Positions 48,251-62,412 of a DNA stretch of 64,000 bases are shown piece after piece. Both the position numbers and the translations under genes were made by a program. Within the stretch, counting starts at the first letter, position 1. Each line of letters opens with the position of its first letter. Source of the DNA: Squalus acanthias (taxonomy: Eukaryota); assembly GCA_030390025.1 (NCBI GenBank), contig CM059430.1, positions 4,030,001 through 4,094,000 of the forward strand, read 5' to 3'. Under the pieces are notes generated by a model, which saw only the letters and a program-made list of their open reading frames with translations, ran no database searches and had not been told where the DNA came from.

Positions 48251-51200
48251 ATGTCCAGACTTCCTCCACTACAAGTTCATTTCCTTCCTCTCATTATTTG
48301 GCCTTAGACTGTTTGGCTTTATGTGGGTAAAATTTCTTAGAGATTTTTCCTACTGTTTTCTTGAAAACCAGCTGCAATCCCTACCACTACAATGAATTAA
48401 GGCAATCCTACATGATTCTGATAAGGATTTTGCAGGCTTGCAATAAAACAAACTATTCTGGAAATACCTCACTTGAAAAGAATAGCAACTCTGTTGTATC
48501 ACAACGGAGGTTATGGCAAACCTGTAGAGGAATCCCAAACTTTTTCAAATCTAGCCATATATCACGGTGCAGATTTTATTTTTGAATGAGGCTACTTGTC
48601 TTTATTTCCCTGTGTTTTTTTTTTGTGTCTCCTCTCGGTCTTCCCCGAGCCATACACCACCCAACCTCCTCCCCACTTTCTGCCCACGTCAGTGTTAATC
48701 TGTGCCCTCGAGCAGCTCCAGGAAGGCTTTTTGCTCTGATACTCTATCCCATTGTGGGGAAAGACCTGGCCTATTCTCAGCATCTCCGCACAGTGATGTG
48801 TCTGATCAGGAGCTCTGAAGCACAGAGGAAACTGAATCTGCAGCCACCACCGAGTTGTGCTCCAAAGTGCGATGCTACTCTCTTGTTGCCTGTTTAAAAT
48901 CTTGGCGACAGGGCAGTAACCCTTTACGGGATACTTTTTCTTCCCACCCAAAAAAAGCTAAAGTTAAACATGTAACAAAGTAGAAGCTATCTGACTTTCA
49001 GTTGCTCATCATTTCACTCTGACCATTTTACAACTGCAATCCATTTTATCTTAATAATTTCCTTTGCACCACACTAAAACAAGCTGGTTAGAAACTTATT
49101 TTAGTGTGGTGTAATTCACAAATAAATCTGAGAAGCAGTTTTCTAGAAAGAAGAAACCCTGTTTTTTACATTAAAATGTCAGCATTACTTTCTCAGCTAG
49201 TTATTGAAGTAAAAGCATTTCAAATATATTTCGTCAAATAGAAAGCTGCGGATGTGGTTTTTTTTTTAAAAAAGGACTGGTAACAGTCCGGCAGAATTTG
49301 CTTTCAACAAATGACAGAAATTGCTGATCAAACAGATAAATCAGATGTGGAAATACAGCACAAATAATCCTGAAATATGGACTAACGCAGGTCAAACTAA
49401 TACTTCACTAAAGTTAGGTACGTTTTAGAATCTGGATCTTGTCTCTTCAAATCCTCAGCTGCCTGAAGCTGCTGAACATAAAAAGTAGGCCCATTTTACT
49501 CCGCTGCTTGAGTCAATAGTATCTGCTAAAGGCAGCCAGTAGACACTTGTGAGACTGACATTTGCACTTTGTGAACTCCTTCCCCTAACCCTTCCTTTCA
49601 GAAAACTGCTTTGGCTTCCAATGAAAAACTACTTCTCATTATGTTAAATAGATGCTAACCCTGTCCTCTGGAGAGAAAAAAAAGGCCGCTGCAGATGTTT
49701 AAAGCCCTCTCAGCCCATCCTCAGTAGAACAATTACATCAATTTGCATTCCAGTTGAAGCTGGATTAGTAGTGGAATGCCTTTTCCAACTTTGTGCGGGT
49801 GAAAAAAGAGAGTGGGGGGGGGGGCGCGGTGAAAGAGCTTATCTTTTTCTACTTCATTCCTAAATCTGAGACGCTACACTTTCATGAAACAATTGCCTAT
49901 TGGAAACAATTTTCCAGTGCACTAAATACTTATCAAAGTTAAAAGGGGAAAACATTTCTAAAAAGCCAAGAGGACGTCGGGATCATGGTGCATTACCAAA
50001 GGAGCGACTCCTGTTGCTTTGATCCTTTCTGTTGCTACAGAAACAGACTCCGCTCCTTTTTTAGTTAATCAAAACCAAATTATTTAGGAATGCGGCAAGA
50101 CAGGTTGGAGTCTCGGACTTCTTTTGTCTTCACAGATTTGGGGAAAAAAGTATAGGAGAAAAGAAAAAAACGAACAAAAATGAAACAAAGACCGTCTCCT
50201 GGACATAAAATGATAATGAGGAAAAAGGAATTGAAAACATATTTGTTAAATTTAACCATTTTGACTGTCCAAATAATATACATCTAGAAACAAAGGAGCA
50301 GGACTGAAGAGTTATGTATCTCTATTTAAACAGTGCCCCATTGCATGGCCTTCATACTAAAGGCCACATTTGAATATCATTAAGTCAAACTCCTACAAAA
50401 ATCATGTCTATTTCTGATAACTCAGCGGTTTCTGATAGTTCAATGTAGTCAAATCGTATGATAGCTGCACTGGATCAACCTCGCTGATTAGGAGTAAATT
50501 GGAACAATTTATATATATATCTCTGCCACAAGTACTAATGTCATAGCGAGCATAGCTGGACAGGTCAATGTAAAATATAATAAAGTAGGTAAGGAAAGAA
50601 CTTTTGATGCTTATTCTCATTCGACTTCCTTTTGTCGAAAATATTTTTTTTTTTAAATATATATATATAGCAACAAAATATAAAAACCTGAGGGCTACAA
50701 AAGCCTCCCAAGTTGGAGAGAGACGGGGGCGGGGGGTGGGCAGGGGATATGAGGTTCCAGTCTTTAAAGCTCTATGAATCTATACACCCAGACAACCTTT
50801 AATCTGTCCCTCGGGAGACACCTTAAGGAATAAAGGTCCTAACATAGGAAATCCTGCTGGTTACCAGCATCGCTTTGAGCTAAGATCTGCTGCCACGTTG
50901 TAAATATGCAAAACCTCTTGTGCTGTCCGAATGGATAGGTTTTCCTTTGGACAAGACAACTGAGAAAAGACCAACCTTTACACTTTAACAATATTAGCAT
51001 GTCTAAAATTCTATATAGACCTTTTTTTAAATAGCTTTAGGCAACTTTTGGTCCATGATATTAACTTGACCTTCTACACTTCTCAATACATGTTTGCTTG
51101 CTTTATTTGGGATAAAGAAGTGGGCTCAAAAGAGAAATGGTTACTGTGTGTACAACAGCTAAACCACCTCCATTCATGTAACCACTTACAGTTTTGGTAC

Positions 51201-54200
51201 ACAACCGCCCATCAATAATGCAATTAAAAAAAAAATGTACAAGGCCCATAACTCAACAGAGTAAGATAAAATTTAAAACGTAGATGTCGGAGCTCATATA
51301 CATATTCCAACTCTTGTTTGCTGAAGCAGTACTGTTAAAATTGACAACTTCCTGATCCTCAAAACTACATTAGAAACAGTGCTCCTGCTTACTGTTTAAA
51401 GAAAGGATTTCTACAATTTCACACCTCCGTTTTGCAGGATTTGCGAGGATCCGCACATGCTATGTGATGGTTTCTAGGTCACACTTATCCTAATCTCTCA
51501 GCAGGTCTTAGCTGGATACATTTATGATTTTTTTACCACTGGGCCTCAGAAAACAATACATGGCTTCAGCATAGAGTTCATAGTGCTCATTTGAGACAAT
51601 GTCTTCAAGGTCGATTTGTTAACACTAACACTGTAAACATGGTTAAAGACAAATGAACACAACTCACTGCGGAGTAAAACACCAACCAGGTGCTCATATT
51701 GATGGGTGACTCTTAATCCTTACAGCAACAATTCCTGTCAGAAAAGGATTAAGCAGTTGGACGCAAACTAAAACGGTGTACGCTGATAAGTTTTACATCT
51801 CACAAGGTTTTCTTTAAATTTCCAATTTATTACCGAGGACTGAAAGTACTTGGCATGAAGATGCCCTGTCCACCTATCGAGGCACTGCTGTACATGTAAT
51901 ATATCAAAGAACTTTCACATGACAAAGAATCAGCTTGAAAATGTGCCTCGGGAATAGGTAGTACAAACAGAAATGTCTTATTTTGGCCGCTCTCTGTTTG
52001 TAATGTAGTTCAAGTTTTATCTCTATGTAAAACATAGCCCTGCAGCAGGGATAGGAGCAGCAGCCACTGCACTTTGACACATAGGGTAGTGAAGGAGTTA
52101 ACAGACATGTGTATAAGCAGACAACTGGGTATAAAATGGGCAGTTTGATACCACAGTGGGAAAATGATGTCAGGGCACAACCAAAGTGGCATGTGCATAA
52201 AATGAGAGAGCACAGGACCACAGTCACATGGAATTAGAGTAAGGAGGAGTGATGGGCGTACACTGAAGGCAGGAGGGAATGTGTAAATGGGACCCACAGC
52301 GACAGGCTGCCTGTGGACTAGTGCTGTCCCAGCATGTTTGTATTAGATGATATGCCATCAATTTTAAAATTCAAATCATTTCATAAATTCAAAGCATTTC
52401 ACATACACTGTATACAGAAAATGTACAAAGAAGAAGATCCAGCAACGCAATAGAATCATACATTTTGTTAATCCTCCGCCCACCATCCCCCACATCCCAA
52501 ACCCCCTCTCAGGTGAAGCACATTAGGTAAAAATAAAAGGGCTTTTCTTCCTCACTTGCAGGCTGTTTATCCAGCTCCAGACTGGAGGGCAAAGCTTTAC
52601 TAGCCTGTGGGATCCACTGAGACTCTCTCAGTGCTGCCCTGCAATTGGATGGGTCAATTCAAAAAACATGCCACAGTTTTCCTTAAACATGGAATAGTTT
52701 TTCCATCACCTGCACATTTTGCAGCATTGATGTGGGTAAACAAAATTATATTATATAGAACTGAAACAAAAGAACACTCTGAGGTTAAGGACTTGACACA
52801 TGAGAAACAGGATGGACCTTTGGTTTACCTTGTCGAAACTGTGAGATGACTGATTTAGTACAGGGAGAAACAGAAGTTGCCTCATACGATATAGCAAATG
52901 GCATTCAGCTTACACTGGCATTTTCTCGTTCTTTCTACCGACAAGTAGAAGATACAGAGAAAGTAAATTTACACCAAGCAAATTGTACACTGATAATCCT
53001 CATTTATAACCTCCACAGAGAGAGTTTAACAATTCATGTCAGAGGACTGTGCAGCATTTATCCACAAAATGTTTAAATCATGTTACAGATATAATTTTAA
53101 TGTAGTCACATAATAGTATATTATTGAAGGTCAGGAAATGTTCTATATCGTGAAGTATATATGGGTGGTCAGTTGTAAGTTAGGTGTGTGCGCAATCTGA
53201 ATGGTTAGGGACCACCCGTGTACGTGGAAAGCAATGAAGGATCCACATTTGTGGAATTCATCCCCTTTCCGCCCAGTATGTTGTAGGATATATGCAAGCT
53301 ACCGTTTCCCTTTCTTTTCCAACGTGCAAAATGGCTGATGTCACTTCAGTTGGATGTACTGGTTACGAGGCTGTCAGTTATGGCAGCAACGGTTGTGGGA
53401 TGACTTTGTACCAGAACAATGGCTGGGTGGTAGTGTAGGCACCAGAGCGCAATGGCCAGCTGTGCAGAAATAGAATCGAAGTCCAATCTATAAACATGCC
53501 ATTTATCAGACATACTGTATTTCACCAATTGCACTTTGTAACAGCAAACCACAGAAAACTGTTTCAGGAAGTCAAGCCACTGTCACTCGGAAAGTTCACT
53601 AACTATGCTTCAGTTTTTAAGTTCTGGGTGGATTTTGTACAGGCAGAAAAGGAAAAATATATTTTTAAAAAACCAAATATTCATTTATTCCAAATTTGCC
53701 CCCAAATAGCAGCACTCTCCAAATACATCTAAAAATGGTTCTTTACAATTTAAGACATAAGGTGGCACAAACTGCAAAGTCCAAGCACAATGTTATGATG
53801 GAAAATATATGTATATAGGTAGGAAAATGTGTAAAAGTACAGACGTACAAATAACATTCACATGCTGTAGGGACTTCTTCAGAGTTAGCAGATCAAACTA
53901 GAATTGTATGTAGGTGACAGGCATTAAACTATAAAGCATCTAATTTAAGTTTAAGTGGTGTCTGCTGAAGGGAACCTTGATTATGTTCAAATGAATGGCC
54001 GATGTCAGTGGTAGCAGCACGAAGCAAAACACCTGAGTTTGTCCCTTAGCTGGTCAGGAACTCTAGAAGGTTCCCCTTAGTCCAGCTACACACTGTATCT
54101 GGCACCACCACCAGAGAGGCACCAATGTAATTAATGACAAATAGGCTACTCGTTTATTTCTTTTTTTAAAACCTGCACTCGGGACATTTGTTGCTCAAGT

Positions 54201-57200
54201 CTGTATTATGCTTTCACAATATACAAGCAATCAGACACCAGCTGGAGGAATCCTCCGTCTGACCGCAGTGCCAACTCAAAGAAAGAAGAAAAAGCAACAT
54301 GCAATTCCACTTAAGAGAAGTGCAAATTCTATAAACTGAACTCTTTATTCAGATTACAACCCACTTCTCCAAAACAAAAAGGGAAAGAAACTACAGCAAC
54401 CTTTGAGCAGAAGCCTCAGCACTGTTGGGACCAGGAAGATGCCCACTGCTTAAACACAACTGGCTACTTTGTAGCTTGAAACTATTATAGAAGCATGTCT
54501 GTTGAAATCCTGGAGAACGCCCGGGGCTCCTTCCTTCAAAACGGAAAATCTAAACACCACGCACTTTTATTTTTAAACAAGAGTCCCAGGAACTCACCAC
54601 TTTTTCATTCCTGTGTGCATAGTTAGAACTTCAGATCGTTTCAGAATCCCATCCTCCTCCCCTCTCTGTTTTTCAGTGCAGTCTCACACCCATAAGGGTT
54701 GAGTATTTTGGAGCTTTTTTTAAATCTAATTCCCAAAATGCTTTTGAGTCTTGAGGCCTATCAGGTAAAATGCCAAAATTAAAAATAGAGGCAACTGAAA
54801 AGAGGCGGTCAAACAAGTTCAGTTTTGCACCTATTAAAATACAACTTAAAAATCTACACTGAGATCACTCAGTGCAGAGTTTATAGTATTAAAATCTGAA
54901 CAAAATGCATCCAGGAATAGCCCTGGAGTGTGGGAGGAACTAGCCCTTCTCGTATCTGAGGTACAAATATGCTCAGCTCACTAACTTGGCAGCAGAACAA
55001 TAGCCTAATGTAATTAAACCAGCTATCAGTTGTTAGCATTTGCATATAAATGCATGCACAAATCACTGTAAAACAAGCCACAGCAAGTCAGTCTATTAGC
55101 ATACGCAAATGCACCCCGCACAGCCCTGTAGGTAGGTCACAGTATCGCTCAGTTTGAGTGAGTGAGCCGACAAGCTTCATGCGGGGTCAAAGCTCCATCT
55201 GTCAGGAACTTGAAATACAAATATTAATGTTCTACCTGGAAACTGGCGCAGGCCACGATTGGCTCCTTACAGGGAATGAAAAAGATTTTTTTTTCTCCAG
55301 TCAAATGACATCACGCTTGAAATAAAAACAGGCAATCTTAAGGCAGACTGGAACACCCACTCCTGCTCACACTGGTTGTTTACAAATGTATTGGTGCTGC
55401 AACTTAAAAAAGAGAAGCAGATCCACATCACCACCCCAAAAACATGATGGCTTTAAGGGGGGAATCCAGGTGGCTCTCGACAGTGTTTTCATTTTATACT
55501 TCACAACACTGACTTCAGGCGCTATTGGATTTCCCCAGAAGATAAGCTACTTTGGTGGTTTGTTGCTGCACACCCCACCTCACCAGGAAGATAAAATTAA
55601 TCTTTACTTTGCATTGGGAAGTGATAAAGACAAAAATGCTGTAAAATGGCCCTCAAAACACCGCAACAAAATTGACATTAAAACATAATGTGCAGTGGTA
55701 AACAAGGGCTACAAATTAATTTAGCAAAGTACATTCTTCTCAGAAAAGCTACGGGAAAGAGGCCTGGGAAAGCAGCAGTTGAGTACGCCAATTTTAATTA
55801 AGATTCGTGCTTGCATCCATAATTCCCCCATACAGTGAGTTTCCAATCTTGTGTGGAAATCAGTAAGAGAAACAGAGGCAGCTTCACAGAGAGCGGGGAA
55901 TTTACTTTCTCCTTTGGATAAAATTGGTGAACGAGTCATCCGTATGCAACTTTCTATCAGCTGATTGCAAGGCAGCAATAACAGAGGCCTTCAAGCAGAC
56001 TGGCTGCCTACCCTATGGACAGCTGACTGGTCCATCTCACTAGTGGGGACATAAAATGGAGGGAAGCAGAAAATAAGTATCACACACTTAAAAATATTTT
56101 TTTCCCCATGCGTGGGATGACAAATCTTTATGATGATGTTTCTTGTACATGTTGAGTCTTTCATCTCTGCTGTGACCATTGGGTACTTTTCTTTCTTGTT
56201 TGTCAAGTGTCTTTTTCCTCGTTAGTTCAATTTGTTTTTCTTCTTTCTAATTGGTTGCTTTCTACTTTAGTTATTTACCAAACCTCTCTCCGTATTCAAC
56301 TTTCTCCCCAAAATCACTGCCTACAAAAAACGTCATTCTACCTAACAAAAAAAAAACACCTACCCATATCATATTCCACCAATAAAAAATGCCACGGTAC
56401 AGCCACCATGCCAATTCCTTGCTTCTCCACAATACACCGCTAAAAACAGATAAATGAAAACAAATCACAAACTTATCCACTGACATAGTTTCAATTTAGT
56501 CACAAGAAACATGACAGCTCCACTGGATCTCTGAACATCCTGGCACTGAGTCTACTCCTTCCCCTCTCCCACATACGTCGCCATTCCCACCCAGTCAACA
56601 GACTCCATGCATTCGGAAGCCTGATGTAAATAAGCAAAACGTACATGCAGAGGAGTCCACTGCTGATGCAAAAGATGCAACTTCCCAGGAACCACTGCAT
56701 AGCTGGAGCTACAATGCATGCACAAAGGAACAAGTCTGTTGAGTAGATGGAGGTGGGGAGGAAGAGAGTGGAAGAAAGATTCTACTCCTGGGGTAGAGAG
56801 ATAGTTCCCGCCAAGCTTAGTGGGCTCACAGATTCCAACTCACCATAATAACAACACTGGAAATCCACTGCAAAAAAATGTTTCAATCCATTAGTCATCC
56901 CTATGTCATAAAATGCACAGGTACAGAATGGAATTCTCTATATGGCTGAGTTGAGTCTTCCTCAAGTCACAATTGATCCAATCACTGAACTCGAATCTTA
57001 AAGCTACATACCATTTTTACCTTAACAGTGAGAGACCAAAGTTACTGATTAAGTGTAATTAGATTTTCCAAAAAACAAAACTGTTGTTATCAGCTGTCCA
57101 CCTTTCTCTGGTTTTCTAACGGATCCAAAATGTTGTACTTCTGGGTTCAATTGCTTGAGAGAGAGAAGAGAGCAAACAGTTTCCAAGGGGTAACTGCATC

Positions 57201-60200
57201 ACTTCTGACTTCCATAATGCCTTACTACACTTAGAAACACAGAGCAAAAGACTGCACTTTGGCTAAAACAAGGTAATACACACCAAGCCAAAATTTCAGG
57301 TTTTATAGGTACCCAAGGGCATAATGTTATGACAGATACCTCCCTAATTATCTACACATCATAACCATTTCAAAGCCAGACAGTAGATCAAATAAAGGCC
57401 CAGTGTTTTGCATATGGTCAGTGCTGAGATGGACAGGCCCTGATGATAGCTTCTTTTAATGTGCTGCAGTACATGGACATTAAAGCTGTTTTAATATTGG
57501 TGCTGCTTTAATTGGGATTTCAGGAGACTGGCATCATAAGCCGCATTCTGGTATTTATGCTGCTAAATCCAACTTCTTTATCCTGATGACAGACTCTGAA
57601 TCCAGTTTTTTTTTTAAGGGTCTCTGAATCTACTGACCAGAATAGGTGAGCTGGATTCCTGGAATCTCAATTAAGACAGTGCCAATATAAAAACAGCTTT
57701 ACAGATGAGCTAAAATTCAGCATTAATAACCCATAACATCGTATCCAGGGATTAAGCATACAAATTGAAAGTGTCACTGTTAAAACAACACCAGTGGTAT
57801 GTGACTATGGATTTCAATTCTCGATATGTCAGTGTTAATTTGCAACAGTGTTGGGAATATCACAGTGGCACATGCCAGTCCATTTCAAGCGCTCATCATA
57901 TTTTATGCATTAGCATTTTATTATTTCTTTTACGAACAGAAGAGCGACGAAAGATTATAATCTCAATGTTGTATGTTTCATGTTTCTGTTTCTTCTCCCT
58001 TATTTTCCTCAGCTATGTTATTTGCTCCTCTACTTTTATACCTCCTGAAACCCCTCCACACCATAGATCTTCAGATGTTGAGGCAACAGGTAGAAAACCA
58101 ATACGAAGGGTGCCACCAATACCAGACACGGAGAAACAGACAAGAGCAACCTGGGATGATAGTCCTCTAGTTTTCCCCTCCCTGTGGGGAGTGGCTGCTT
58201 CTGCTCAGTGCCTCCCCAAAACCGCACAGCTGAGATACAGAATTCACCAAGTGGAGAAATATGGTTAGCAGCTGAAAAACCTGTCCCTCTGCAGCAAAAT
58301 GCATTGAAGCAAAAATGTGTTGCGCCAGCATGCAGTCCCTTATCTATGCCATTCCTATTTTGGGTCACCAAATGTTTAAGAAAAGGGGGAGAAAACGTGT
58401 CTGTACCAGCTTTCATGTGAGATCTTTGAGTATATCATTGCACTACAGCTCAAAGCCTGTGTTTGAAAGCAGAGGAAGTGAGAATAGGGCTAAGGAAGCA
58501 TAATCAAGGCCAGGAAAAAAAGAACCGGAGCCTATAATGATGCTGCAAACGAACCACGTGAACGCTAAAGCCACTTCAAACACTGAAAAAAATGACCAAA
58601 GTGTTGTAACAGGCCAGGCAGAAACTACATGGGCCCTTCGAGACTATGATGAATATTTCTGTACCAAGGTCACAAGCAAGAACAGATTTGAGTGTTTATT
58701 CGGAAAACACTGAGTCTTGGGAAAGTTGGCTTGTTCCATTACCTGCAAGTGCTTCACAGCATCTAGTATTAAACTGATACTCAAGAGTCATTTGTGCAGC
58801 TGTTAAACACAAAGCAGTTTATGCAGATTTTGAAAACTACCATGGAAATCTGGCATGCAAAGAGTTAATGCAGAAACTTCTAACCCCATATTATTTTTTT
58901 AAGTCTCATTCCTACAAAACAATTATACCAGCTACAATTAACATTAAAGGAGCTTTATTATATCAAATACAAACATGACATACACCCTCCCCAAAGTGTG
59001 AGTCAAGTTACTTCCCTTTTCTCCATACGGCAGTTTATATATTTAAATGCAAATCCAGCTGAAAATATGCCTTGTCTGAACTGGCCTCTATTCTCAGCCA
59101 GTACCTGGTTTGTTTTAGGTGTACATGGACAGTTCAAAACCTGTTTAGCATACCTTCTTCCCCCATACTAGCTCAGTTACACGAACGATCGATACTCCAG
59201 CAGAATGTCTGCTCTGAGCAGATGTAAGCTATACATGAGCTAAGGACTGCCTGCTTCAGCCTATGTTTGTTCCCACCCATTCTTGGCCTACACTACTCAT
59301 TCTTTCCCAGCACATTTCAAACAAAAATGGACTGCGGACAAGGCTTTAGTAATTTCAGCTCTTTATCTTCTACTGTTTAGTTTCTGTTCAGCTCTTTAGG
59401 AACTGACATGGAAAGGAGGCAATGAGTGACTTCACTCATCAACAAAGGATTAGTACTACACTGCTTACCTTCTTCCCAGCTGCATGCTATGTATCATAAA
59501 GTTAAACTATTTCCATTGACTCAGTTTGGCAATATATTCATTAATTATTTATTGCATAGTCATACAGCCTTTCACAGATAAGGGAACTAAAAAAAATAGT
59601 TTTTCTATTTACAATAATGACTACATTGTGTTGTGGAGGATTTAGATTTGATAAATGGAAGGGAAGACTAAATACAGAACATAATTCCATGTCCCCTACA
59701 GCAACGACCATAGCTACAATACCAAACACAATTATTGTACCCGGCTTCGAAGCTTATGCAAATTTACACAAACATACATAATGTGCCAGCATGCATTTCA
59801 TTCAAAGCCCTGTGTTAAACAATGTTCAAGCGAAGGTTAATCTGAATCATTCTGCCTTGCTGCTCAATTCGGCTTGCCGTGCAAAGCCTGACATCTACAG
59901 TTCTGTCTGGCATCGTCAAGGGCTGCATCATTTCCCACACAGCCATTGAGCAAGCTTTCCCTTTGCAGCACAGGTACCTGAACACACTCACGGCCTTTTC
60001 TTCCTGGCCTCGGCAATTTATTTTAGCCCTCAGCTCAATCAGTCTATCAAGCAACACAGGACAACTTGCTTCTTTGACTCATCTAAGTACAGTGGAACGC
60101 CATTTGTCCAGAGTGAACGGGAGATGGCCAAGAAAGTACAAATAATCAGGAATTCTGATCAATGGGAGCGCCCCTTCTATTTACTATAATATTAATGTTC

Positions 60201-62079
60201 AGTACATAGAAGACGGAGTTTGATTTCAATTTACTGAAAAGTTTGGATAATAGGGATATTTATTGTATTAAATTTCCTTGGCAGGGTGAAATCAAAGTAC
60301 ATTTTTATAGCACTGTGCAACAGCGATAAAAAACATATTAAATAGGAACAGGCTTTTTGTACTTATATTCACTGAGCAAATTAAAAACTCTAGCTTGCTG
60401 CATTTTCTAATGAAAGACAGAAACATGCAAGGTGTAGCCAATTTAAAATACTTTTTAACAGCAAATGCAGAAATATCACATTTGCCGTCCCACGAATGCC
60501 TCAGGCCACATTTTAAATTATTTTATTACAATACTGAAGATTTACTATAAACAATGTGCATACAAGTTCCAATAGCGCGTGTTTAAATACAGCCTAGGTT
60601 TTTGCCAAAAAAAAATTAAACCGAGCTGTTTCCGCAAAGATTTAACATTGACAGTTGCCGCACAGGTACACACAACACCAAACATTCCATCAATGAGCCA
60701 CTTAAGACTATTTTCACTTGGTGTCTTTCTCTTTTTTGGTGGGAGAAGGCATCAAGCAAATAGTGACTGGTTCAGTTCTGTCAAAAGACAGACAAACAGC
60801 CTTTGAAGGCATTAAGGGTTAGCATAGGTTTCTGACACCACTGTGCTTTTCAAATACCGAACAGTAAGGAGCCCCTCCCCACAGACACACACACAAACCT
60901 TGCCAATTTAGAATTACAAACAATTTATTGGTAAACACTATTGTTCTCAATGAATGTAAACAATCTACTTCTTTACTATTTTACCCAATGCTGGGAAAAG
61001 ATGAAAGCCCCACTTACAGTAGCCTTTAATTTGTGAGGGGCTCCAATTATTATTTAAAGGCATAAATTAGAGGAGTAAAATTGGTTACATCTCGGTATCG
61101 ACAACGCAAGTCAATTGATGAAAAAAAAAGAGAAGGCAAAACATTTCCACTCTTTTCCCAGTGGCTACTCCACTGAGTTTATCCATACATTTGCAAGTGA
61201 ATTGCCCGACTGTGGATGAGTTTAGGGGTTTAAAGGCACCAGCTTTGGTGCATAAAAAAGAGACCTGAAGATGAATTAACATACAACAATACATACACTG
61301 AATAGCCACTGATCTAATCGGCCAGTGCATACCCTAACACTAAATCACAGTCTTCCGAGACACCTAAATGACAAATGGAAACTATCAAGCTTGGAGGAAA
61401 AAAAAACCCAGATCCTGTTCAGTTACAATTCGTCAATCAGTTGTGTGTATTAAAATGAATATAATTTATTTTAACAGCAAGTGTCAACACAACTGCAAAA
61501 CGCGGTGCCCTAATGAAGCAGCATTAACAGCAACTTGTAGTCTTTAATTTTTAATGTCATTTACTTTCAGGTTACACGATGAAAGAAAAACTGAGAATGG
61601 ACGGCATATTTAGATTTGGACGGGAATGCATAATTTAATTTGCGTTTTCTGTATTGTTTATTAAAATTATTAACTGCATACATTTCCATCCCGTTTCTTA
61701 TCATGTAAATGGAGATACTGTACGGATCACTTACATTGGCTTGGAGATGCTTGTGAACAAACTGCACTTAAGAACCATTTGAGTCCACTTTCTAAATATT
61801 GTAGCTCCAATTAAAAACGCTTCAAAAAATAAATGTTCTACCGTGCTGTATTGTCTGGGCCGGCGACTCTCAATCTGGGACCTTCACTTTAAGTATTACA
61901 GGGTTAGGCACACGCACCAACAGTGAGGATTTAAAAATAGGTCTGGCGAGGTATCTGCAACAGACCTGAATGCGGACGTGTGGTGAAGAAGCAGCAGCAA
62001 CACACACAAAAAAATGCGCCGCAATTAAAGTACAGCATTACAGTTTGAAAAATATAAATAAATAATTGCTGATCATTAC

Positions 62080-62412
62080 CCTGACACCTCCCCTTTGTGC
62101 CCCCCCCCTCCCCCCCCCTCTCAGCCCCCCACAACCACCTCCCCTCCCCGTCGTTAACTGGAAGAACTGGTCCGGTGTGCGGTTGGCTTGCATATTCAAA
62201 AATGCAGTGAAATCGGATCCTCGGCGGCGGTGACCATATTCTGCCAGAACTTCAGAGCGATCTGTCTCTGCGGGCAAACACCTGGCGGGCGATGGTGCGG
62301 CCGGCCGGGCGGGCGGGCGGCGGCAGCGTGATCGGGTCCTGACCCTGCTCGGCGCATCCTCGCTCCCCTTCGCCGCCATGCACGCACCTCTCGCCCGCCT
62401 CCGAACTCGGGC
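62080..62412 (-). other. Candidate GC-rich 5' exon of an unidentified gene
   Basis: CpG-dense. Pyrimidine tract plus AG near 62413, donor AGG|GTAATG at 62080, and several ATGs (62379, 62358). Product not recognised. Confidence 0.35.

Noticed and set aside
54012-54030. miR-15/16-like start TAGCAGCACG
   Set aside because: The match ends after about 10 nt and I see no supporting hairpin.
57765-58416. 167-aa and 126-aa ORFs as host genes
   Set aside because: No recognisable domain or convincing splice boundaries, and the lengths are compatible with chance.
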